A stretch of DNA of 63,989 bases, counting the filler, from Stramenopiles sp. TOSAG23-3 (Eukaryota): the NCBI GenBank assembly GCA_900128585.1. It is 17 parts of 17 records of this genome, joined end to end, with 100 filler letters (N's around TTAATTAATTAA, not from the genome) between each part and the next. Parts side by side here need not be neighbours in the genome. Positions count along the whole stretch, not along the records: positions 56,137 to 63,989 come from LT643093.1; 16 more parts are not named here. One strand, 5' to 3'. Shown here piece after piece: positions 57,081 through 63,989 of the stretch (position 1 is its first letter; each line of letters begins with the position of its first letter). A program made the position numbers and the translations under genes. The notes below the pieces were generated by a model. The model searched no databases, had not been told where the DNA came from, and worked only from the letters and a program-made list of their open reading frames with translations.

Positions 57081-57162
57081 TGTCCGCTGTGAGGTTTGAA
57101 CTCACGCATTCGAAAATACCAGGGCCTAAACCTGGCCCCTTAGACCACTCGGGCAAACGGAC
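57081..57162 (-). tRNA. tRNA-Leu (TAG)
   Basis: Acceptor GTCCGTT/AGCGGAC+A, anticodon arm CCAGG-TTTAGGC-CCTGG, long variable arm, T arm GTGAG-TTCAAAC-CTCAC. Confidence 0.95.
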
Positions 57163-57615
57163 TGTTTTCAGTAAAATAAACAGTGTTGTATCCGTACCAA
57201 TGTACGGCCGATTGTACTGATAGTATACAATGCATTTTTTAACTATTTATATTAATATATTTTGTTTTTTTAATTATCCAAGTTAGGATTAGGGTACGAC
57301 GAAGCTAAATTTAATTACTTAAATAATATAACAGCAGCCAATTTTCTTGTTTTAATAATTATTATTTGTTAAAAGATATATTATACTAAATTTAATCACT
57401 TAAATAACAGCCAATTTTCTTGTTACGTACACATAAGGAATGAATGATCAACTTTATTCACATCACATACATGCAAGGTACATCACACTACTTTTTCTTC
57501 TTCAAAAGATCTGACACTCCCTTTCATCCATCTCCGGCTCCTTCCCGTTTCAACTCTTTAAGAGCTTTTCCCGCCACACTTTCGAACAGACAAGACTACC
57601 CACCCAGCCACGACC

Positions 57616-60600
57616 ATGTCCTCGTCGACCGCGGCCGTTGCGGACAAGGCCCAGCTCCTTTCGGGGGACGAGCCCGCCTCTACGAGCCCGGCCTCCGTCG
57701 AGCTGACCGTTTCCTCAGAAGTCTCCCCTGCCACCACCGCGACCGCCACCTCGGCCCCCGTGAGAAACCGGGCGGGGCAGAGCGCTTCCGTCACCAAGAA
57801 AACACCAAAGCAGATCGAGGTGGAAGAGAAAATGGCCGCCCGGCTGGACGAGCTGGAGGCCCGCCCCGGCCGCTCGGGGTCGCTGACGGCCGCTGCGGAG
57901 GTTGCGGTGGCGCCCGGGTCGGTGAACAAGGGGGCCAGAATACTGAGCAAGCTCTTGACAAAGGTGAACTCCAAGACTGGGGAGGACTCCCCGGACGAGG
58001 AGGGGGTCATCAACCTTCAGCGGGAGATCACGTCGGCGCTCTACACCAAGACCCTGGAGCAGCAGAACTTCAAGACCGTCTTCACCCTTTCCAAGGCCAA
58101 GCACAAGCCGAAGCACGTGGAAATCACCAACTACTTTGCGGAGCCGAACTTCTCGAAGCCCGCGGCGAACCGCATCCAGCTGCATCGCAGCTCGGGCGGG
58201 GACTTCACGGAGACGGCCTTGCGCATCGCAGGGGCGGACGTGGAGGAGGCCCAGTGGCAGCACGACCAGGCTCAGACGCAGGCGGCGGGAAAGAACGCGG
58301 ACGGCATCGCGGCGGACGTGGACGCCGGGTCCAAGTTCGGCACGTGGGACGGCGTCTTCGTGAGCTGCCTGCTCAACATCTTCGGCGTGATCATGTTTCT
58401 CCGGCTCGGCTGGGTCGTCGGCCAGGCCGGGATCGTCCAGGGGATCGCCATCATTCTCCTCGGGGGCGTGGTCACCATCCTGACGACGGCCTCCATGGCT
58501 GCGATCGCCACGAACGGGACGGTGAAGGGCGGGGGGGCGTACTTTATGATCTCCCGGGCCCTGGGGCCCGAGATCGGGGGGACGATCGGCGTCCTGTTCT
58601 TCCTCGGCCTCTGCGTTGCCATCTCGATGTACGTCATCGGCTTCTGCGAGACGCTGGTGCAGAACTTTGGGGTATGCCCCAACATGTACAACGAGGCGAC
58701 CGGGCTCCTCTCCGAGTGCGACCCGGACCGGGTCACGTTCACCTTCTTCGGGTGCACCGGCCCGGACACCGCGGCCATGTCCGCCTGCAAACTGAACGAC
58801 ATCCGGATGTACGGCATCCTGCTGATGGTCTTCCTGCTCATCATGGCCCTGCTCGGGACCGGGTGGGTGATCAAGATGCAGATCGGGCTGTTCCTGATGC
58901 TCTGCGTCACGATCTGCTCCTTCTGCGTCGGCACGTTCCTCCATAGGGGCGAGGACGACATCAAGAACGGGTTCCTCGGATGGGGCAGCAACATCTACCG
59001 GTCGACCGAGGACGCGAACGGCACGCTCACGTGGGCCGACTCGGGAGAGTCCAACCTGGCGGACATGATGAACAGCAAGTACACTCCGCAGCTGGTGGGG
59101 GGCAGCATGAAGGAGTACAACTTCTTCACCGTGTTCTCCATCTTCTTTCCCGCCGTCACGGGCATCATGGCCGGGGCAAACATCTCCGGGCTGCTGAGGG
59201 ACCCGGCCAAGAACATTACCGTCGGGACATTCTCCGCGATCGGCGTGTCCACGGTTGTGTACTCGATCATGGCCTTCATGATCGGGGCCACGTGCTCCCG
59301 GACGGCGCTGCTGAACGACTACTACATCATGATGAAGGTAGAGGTGTTCAGGGAGAGCGTCGGGGGGCAGGTCATCGGGTGGACCGTCCTGATCGGCGTG
59401 TACGCCGCCACGTTCTCCTCCGCCCTCGCCTCGCTGGTGGGCGCGCCCCAGATGCTCTTCAACGTTGCCAAGGACCGGATCATGCCCCTCGGGCTCTTCG
59501 CCACGACCCACCGGGCGACGTGCTGGGGCAAGAAAGGCTCGTGCTGCGACAGGACGAAGCGCCCGTTCCTTGGCTGCTTTGAGCCGATCTCGTCGGAGCT
59601 GGACGAGGCCGGCATCCCCGTGTACACGGACACGTCGGGGAAGGTCCTCGGGGGCGAGGCGGACCCGGTCTTCGGCTACTTCATCTCCTTCTTCGTTGCC
59701 TGCGGGTGCATCCTGATCGGGGACCTCAACTTTGTGGCGCCGCTGATCTCCATGTTTTTCATGCTCACCTACGGGCTGCTGAACATCTCGTGCTTCTTCC
59801 TGGCGTACTACGACACGCCAGGGTGGCGCCCAAAGTTCCGGTACTTTCACTGGTCCACCGGCCTCGTCGGCTTCGTCCTGTGCGTGATCGCCATGTTCCT
59901 CACGGACCTGGTCTTCGCCCCGGTGTCCATGTGCATTGCCGCCCTCCTCGTCAACTACGTCAAACGGCGCCACGTAGTCACGAACTGGGGCACGGCCCTG
60001 GACGCGCGCGCGTACGTGAACGCCACGGAGGCGATTTTTCACCTGCGAAACATCCGCGGTCACGTCAAGACCTTTCGCCCGAGCTACCTGGTCCTGTCGA
60101 CGGAGAAAGTCCTGGAGGACGACGGGAAGCCCGAGTGGGGCCTGCTCCGCTACATGTACTCCCTTCGAAAGGGCGGCGGCTGCGTGTTCTGGTCGAAAGT
60201 GGTCCTCGACAAGGAGGACCGGGACATTTCGATCCTGCGCGAAAAGTACGAGGACACGTACAAGTGCCTGGTCCCGGAGACAAAGATCATGAAGAACAAC
60301 GCGTACGCCCCCTTCGACGTCATCCGCGCCCAGAGCTTTTTCCGCGGCGCCGTGTCCCTGATGCAGTCCAGCGGGATCGGCAACCTGCGGCCGAACACGG
60401 TCGTCCTTCCCTACTTTGAAGGCTGGAAGGAGGCCAGCACTGTGGAGACGGGCGGGGCGCTGGTCCAGGACTACGTTAAGACCCTGGGCGCCGCCCAAAA
60501 GATGCGCTTCGGGACCATCATCACCCGCGGGCTCGACAACATCGCGTGGAAAAACCCGACGCCGAAGCACACCGTCGACGTCTGGTGGCTTATCGACGAC

Positions 60601-61161
60601 GGGGGGCTGTCGCTCCTCGTGCCCTACATCATGAGCCTGGAGAAGTTCTGGGTGCAGAACACGGACGACCAGCGCGACTGCAGGGTGCGTCTGTTCTTTA
60701 TCTATGAGGACCAGAACGCGTTCGGGGCCTTCGCGGAGGAGGTGTCGAACAACAAGAAAATCATCAATAAGTTCAGGTTCGATTTTGAAATCGTGGACCC
60801 CGTGGCCAACAACCTCTTCATGAAGAACAGCGGGACCGAAAGCTTCCCGGAGGGGAACCCGGACGGGAATCCCCGTGCGGACACCATCAAGAATTTTGAC
60901 GAATTGCCGACCGAAAACTTCGCCGACCTCGACGGGGAGTCCGAGATCATGGAGCGGACCCAGCAGTGGCTCCGAGTCTCGGAAATCATCCGAGAGAACT
61001 CCTTCAAATCCAAAGTCATCTACTTGACCATGCCCCACCCTCGATCCTTCGTCGGCGCGAACCTGTATATGTCGTGGCTCGAAATGCTGAGTTACAACAT
61101 GCCCCCCATGGTGTTCATCAAGGGGAATTCGAAGGACTGCCTAACGTACTTTCTGGAGTAA
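57616..61161 (+). CDS. SLC12 cation-chloride cotransporter (CCC family)
   Basis: KFGTWDGVFVSCLLNIFGVIMFLRLGWVVGQAG, GGGAYFMISRALGPEIGG, FSIFFPAVTGIMAGANISG, PGWRPKF, SSGIGNLRPN, DVWWLIDDGGL. Confidence 0.96.
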   Translation: MSSSTAAVADKAQLLSGDEPASTSPASVELTVSSEVSPATTATATSAPVRNRAGQSASVTKKTPKQIEVEEKMAARLDELEARPGRSGSLTAAAEVAVAPGSVNKGARILSKLLTKVNSKTGEDSPDEEGVINLQREITSALYTKTLEQQNFKTVFTLSKAKHKPKHVEITNYFAEPNFSKPAANRIQLHRSSGGDFTETALRIAGADVEEAQWQHDQAQTQAAGKNADGIAADVDAGSKFGTWDGVFVSCLLNIFGVIMFLRLGWVVGQAGIVQGIAIILLGGVVTILTTASMAAIATNGTVKGGGAYFMISRALGPEIGGTIGVLFFLGLCVAISMYVIGFCETLVQNFGVCPNMYNEATGLLSECDPDRVTFTFFGCTGPDTAAMSACKLNDIRMYGILLMVFLLIMALLGTGWVIKMQIGLFLMLCVTICSFCVGTFLHRGEDDIKNGFLGWGSNIYRSTEDANGTLTWADSGESNLADMMNSKYTPQLVGGSMKEYNFFTVFSIFFPAVTGIMAGANISGLLRDPAKNITVGTFSAIGVSTVVYSIMAFMIGATCSRTALLNDYYIMMKVEVFRESVGGQVIGWTVLIGVYAATFSSALASLVGAPQMLFNVAKDRIMPLGLFATTHRATCWGKKGSCCDRTKRPFLGCFEPISSELDEAGIPVYTDTSGKVLGGEADPVFGYFISFFVACGCILIGDLNFVAPLISMFFMLTYGLLNISCFFLAYYDTPGWRPKFRYFHWSTGLVGFVLCVIAMFLTDLVFAPVSMCIAALLVNYVKRRHVVTNWGTALDARAYVNATEAIFHLRNIRGHVKTFRPSYLVLSTEKVLEDDGKPEWGLLRYMYSLRKGGGCVFWSKVVLDKEDRDISILREKYEDTYKCLVPETKIMKNNAYAPFDVIRAQSFFRGAVSLMQSSGIGNLRPNTVVLPYFEGWKEASTVETGGALVQDYVKTLGAAQKMRFGTIITRGLDNIAWKNPTPKHTVDVWWLIDDGGLSLLVPYIMSLEKFWVQNTDDQRDCRVRLFFIYEDQNAFGAFAEEVSNNKKIINKFRFDFEIVDPVANNLFMKNSGTESFPEGNPDGNPRADTIKNFDELPTENFADLDGESEIMERTQQWLRVSEIIRENSFKSKVIYLTMPHPRSFVGANLYMSWLEMLSYNMPPMVFIKGNSKDCLTYFLE

Positions 61162-61707
61162 CAAATAAGAGCAATGGTAAAGATATATCCCCTGTTTATA
61201 AGTCCCTGAATAATGGTCATAACAGTCGCCAATAATAATATAATAATAAATAAAATCCTGGTCGCCGTGTATGTCGTGAGTTGCATTGGCGGCACTGGCG
61301 GCTTTGAATTGACCTCTGATCTCCTCGGACGGTTCCTCCTCCTCTGTTCCTATGTTCCTATGAAGAATGAAGAATGAAGAATGAAGAATGAAGAATGAAG
61401 AATGAACATGGGTGTTCGATTAAGTACGGTATGATGTTAGAATAGGAAGAATGGTTCCTATGAAGAATGAACAGAAGAAAAGAAGAAAAAAAGAAAAAAA
61501 GAAGAAAAGAAAAGAAAAGAAAAGAGGAGGAGAGAAAGAAAAAAAAAGAAGAAAAAAAGAAGAAGACACTTGGTAGATTAAAGCATTTATAATTAATATT
61601 AGACTTACTGAAGAAAAGCAAATGAAGAACCAAAATAATGGGAGTGAAATGTTGTGCATCGAAAGATATAGTAACGGCTAGCTTTGCTGCACACCGCACT
61701 GTTGCAA

Positions 61708-62565
61708 ATGGCTGCCACCGCTTCGCCGCTCGCCCAGATTTGCGGGGACGACTACAAATTAACCCAAGATCAGGTATCGTCGTTCCATCAGAATGGGTAC
61801 CTGACCCTTTCCCGGATAGTTACGGACGATGAGCTGGCGGGGTTGGAAAAGGTGTTTGATGAGTTTAATGAGGGAAAGCGAGGCGTCGACCTCGGCCGGG
61901 ATTTTGGGGATCATAGCCAGGGGCATGGGACGGCCCGAAAAAACTTCAACATGATCAACGTTAATGTTCCATGCGCGCACGACCCGTCATGGGCAAACAA
62001 CATATTCGAACGCCGGGCTTTCAGCATCACCAAGCAGCTGTATGGCGAAGGGATGAAGAAGGACTACGAACAGCTGCTAACAAAGCTTCCGAACCGCCCA
62101 AAGGCGGTGTTCCCGTTTCACCAAGACATGGCTTACTGGCCGAAACGGAGCGGGCAGGACACGCGGACAGCAACAGTCTCGCTTGCCTTGAACGCGGCGA
62201 ATGAGGACAACGGCTGCCTCCTCGTCCTTCCCTCGTCCCATAAGTCCAAGTCCCTCTACGGGGCCCACGAGGACTTTGGGAAGAACAAGGACGAAAAGGG
62301 CGACACCCGCGCGATCGTCCTGAAGCTAACGGCGGAGGATGAGGGGAAAATAGTTCCCCTGCCGGTCGTACGCGGCGGCTGTACGATTCACGAAGAGTGG
62401 ATCGTGCATGGAAGCGGGGGCAACGGGAGCGACGGTCCGAGGAAAACGTACGTCGTGGCCTTTCGCGACGAGCGAATGATCGAGTACGAAAGAAAAAATG
62501 GTTTCAATCATTCTTATAATGACGACCCGAGCGTCATCGAGAAGATAAGAGGCGGGGAATTGTAA
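61708..62565 (+). CDS. Phytanoyl-CoA dioxygenase (PhyH) family Fe(II)/2OG dioxygenase
   Basis: F..NGYL, FHQDMAYW (HxD), ENGCL-like DNGCLLVLPSSH, VHGSGGN....R. Confidence 0.9.
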   Translation: MAATASPLAQICGDDYKLTQDQVSSFHQNGYLTLSRIVTDDELAGLEKVFDEFNEGKRGVDLGRDFGDHSQGHGTARKNFNMINVNVPCAHDPSWANNIFERRAFSITKQLYGEGMKKDYEQLLTKLPNRPKAVFPFHQDMAYWPKRSGQDTRTATVSLALNAANEDNGCLLVLPSSHKSKSLYGAHEDFGKNKDEKGDTRAIVLKLTAEDEGKIVPLPVVRGGCTIHEEWIVHGSGGNGSDGPRKTYVVAFRDERMIEYERKNGFNHSYNDDPSVIEKIRGGEL

Positions 62566-62737
62566 ACTGTTTAAAGGCAAGAAACTACAGCAGGGACTTT
62601 AAGAGAGATACAAATTCGGAAATAATGTAAGGCTTCGTTTAAATGTTGTCCCTAGCTACTATATCCAATAAGTTTATATTTTTTATTAAAAATAAAATAT
62701 TCTCTTCTCTAATCTTCTGTTGTCCGTCCACCCTCTT

Positions 62738-63661
62738 TCAGTATGCCCACTTGATCTTGTCCGCCATGCCACTGCGCGAGGCCCTATACCCATTGATCTT
62801 CTTCAGCTCTGCTTTTCCGAGGTAGAACGCACCCAGGATTTTGTCGTCCTCCCCTTGCTCGGACCCGTTGAGCCCAATGATATCCCGCGCCCGGGGATCC
62901 AGGAGCCAGCTGTTCCAGCCCCCGCTGCTCCAATACCCGCAGTAGCCTGAATTCCAATGAGCCGTCAGCTGCAAATGCATGTTCTGCACGGCGCATGCAA
63001 CGGCAGCAATCTCCTCCCACTCCTCCATCAGTCTCCCCTTTGCATTTGCCACACGCTTCATCCCAATAAATATTACCGCGGACACGTTCTGCAGCTCTTT
63101 GGCCTTTCGCGCCATTTTCTTGTTCGACTTCTCCAACTTTTCCGCGTCCCCGGCAAACTGTTTCGCCGCGTGCGCTTTTCTGATCTCGAACAGCTCCTTC
63201 ATCGTCGCCTTCCCCGCGACACAGAATCGCCACGGCTGGGTCTTCCCGTGAGTCGGCGCCCACTCCGCCGCAGCCAGAATTTCTGCAATAATGTTCACTG
63301 GGACCTTCTCCTCCGACTTGACGAAGTCTTTTGGGAATATAGACCGACGACGCCGGATCAGGTTTGACAGGACTTCGGGCGACGGCAGCGCTGGGAGAAA
63401 GTGCTCTCCAATGTCGCTGTCACGGGTGAAGGTGGCGTCGCGCTCATAGTCATCTTGGAACCCTTTCGGTACTTGAATCTTCGAGAACGCCAACGCCCCC
63501 GTCTCTCCTTCCTGGTCAAGTGGATCTTCCTGAATAAAAACGTAAATGGCATGCATAACGAGGCTCATCGCAACCACTCCGACGGCGTTCCACACGTACA
63601 GCGCACTGCCGCCACCACGTAGCCACTGGGCAGCGGAAGCAACTCCACCCAGGTCGACCAT
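62738..63661 (-). CDS. Nitroreductase family protein (YdjA-like) with N-terminal TM segment
   Basis: IRRRRSI, AAEWAPTHGKTQPWRF, EEIAAVACAVQNMHL, GYWSSG, LGAFYLG. Confidence 0.9.
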   Translation of the reverse strand: MVDLGGVASAAQWLRGGGSALYVWNAVGVVAMSLVMHAIYVFIQEDPLDQEGETGALAFSKIQVPKGFQDDYERDATFTRDSDIGEHFLPALPSPEVLSNLIRRRRSIFPKDFVKSEEKVPVNIIAEILAAAEWAPTHGKTQPWRFCVAGKATMKELFEIRKAHAAKQFAGDAEKLEKSNKKMARKAKELQNVSAVIFIGMKRVANAKGRLMEEWEEIAAVACAVQNMHLQLTAHWNSGYCGYWSSGGWNSWLLDPRARDIIGLNGSEQGEDDKILGAFYLGKAELKKINGYRASRSGMADKIKWAY

Positions 63662-63989
63662 TTCAAGTACAACAACAAACAAGTATACTATTCTTTATTT
63701 GCTGTTTTTGTCTTCTTCAACGATAGGTGTACAATCGGCTTAAACTGGTCAAATTTTTAGTGTTATAAAAAAAGTGCCATATGGCATTCATCATTAACTT
63801 ATAGGATTTGCCATATTGCCATACTCAGAGAAGCAGCTTTTAGAATTTAGAATAAGGTTTAACCCTATCACTAACATTAAATAAACAAAAAAGACTCTCC
63901 TGATTGTGCTTTTCCCAACAATTATAGCTTCCATGCTATTGCCATATAATATTATATACTATTATTTTATAATACATCCTCACTTTATC

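Noticed and set aside
57715-61038. 1107-aa antisense ORF (and 57444-58946) over SLC12
   Set aside because: Codon-bias shadow of the real gene.

Overview
Eukaryotic, intron-poor protist sequence (gene content suggests a heterotrophic, flagellated, possibly stramenopile-like organism; this is inference). It is not one locus. It is 17 unrelated contigs joined by artificial 100-nt linkers (N44-TTAATTAATTAA-N44): eleven contigs of about 1.19 kb, then six of about 8 kb. Synteny therefore only has meaning within a contig. The small contigs hold gene fragments (CGHC thioredoxin/PDI-like, ArfGAP, DUF6259-like, CCCH+GRF zinc finger, Cys-rich proteins, a lysine methyltransferase), an internally deleted Copia element whose LTR appears to start with TA, and a DIRS-type tyrosine recombinase. 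The large contigs hold: an RCC1-repeat/IQGAP-type RasGAP fusion and an ACL5-like aminopropyltransferase; a GT4 glycosyltransferase, a divergent phosphatidylserine decarboxylase and a phospholipid methyltransferase in one cluster; head-to-head G-beta paralogues and a tubulin deglutamylase broken at two G-runs; an AP2/C2H2/6xHA protein and an EF-hand/PDZ protein; an LRR membrane protein, Costars-villin headpiece, tRNA-Val, a VOC-fold protein and PB1-SPRY-Costars; and erlin, tRNA-Leu, an SLC12 transporter, a PhyH dioxygenase and a nitroreductase. The best candidate for an undescribed system is the three-gene lipid head-group cluster at 23565-28964.
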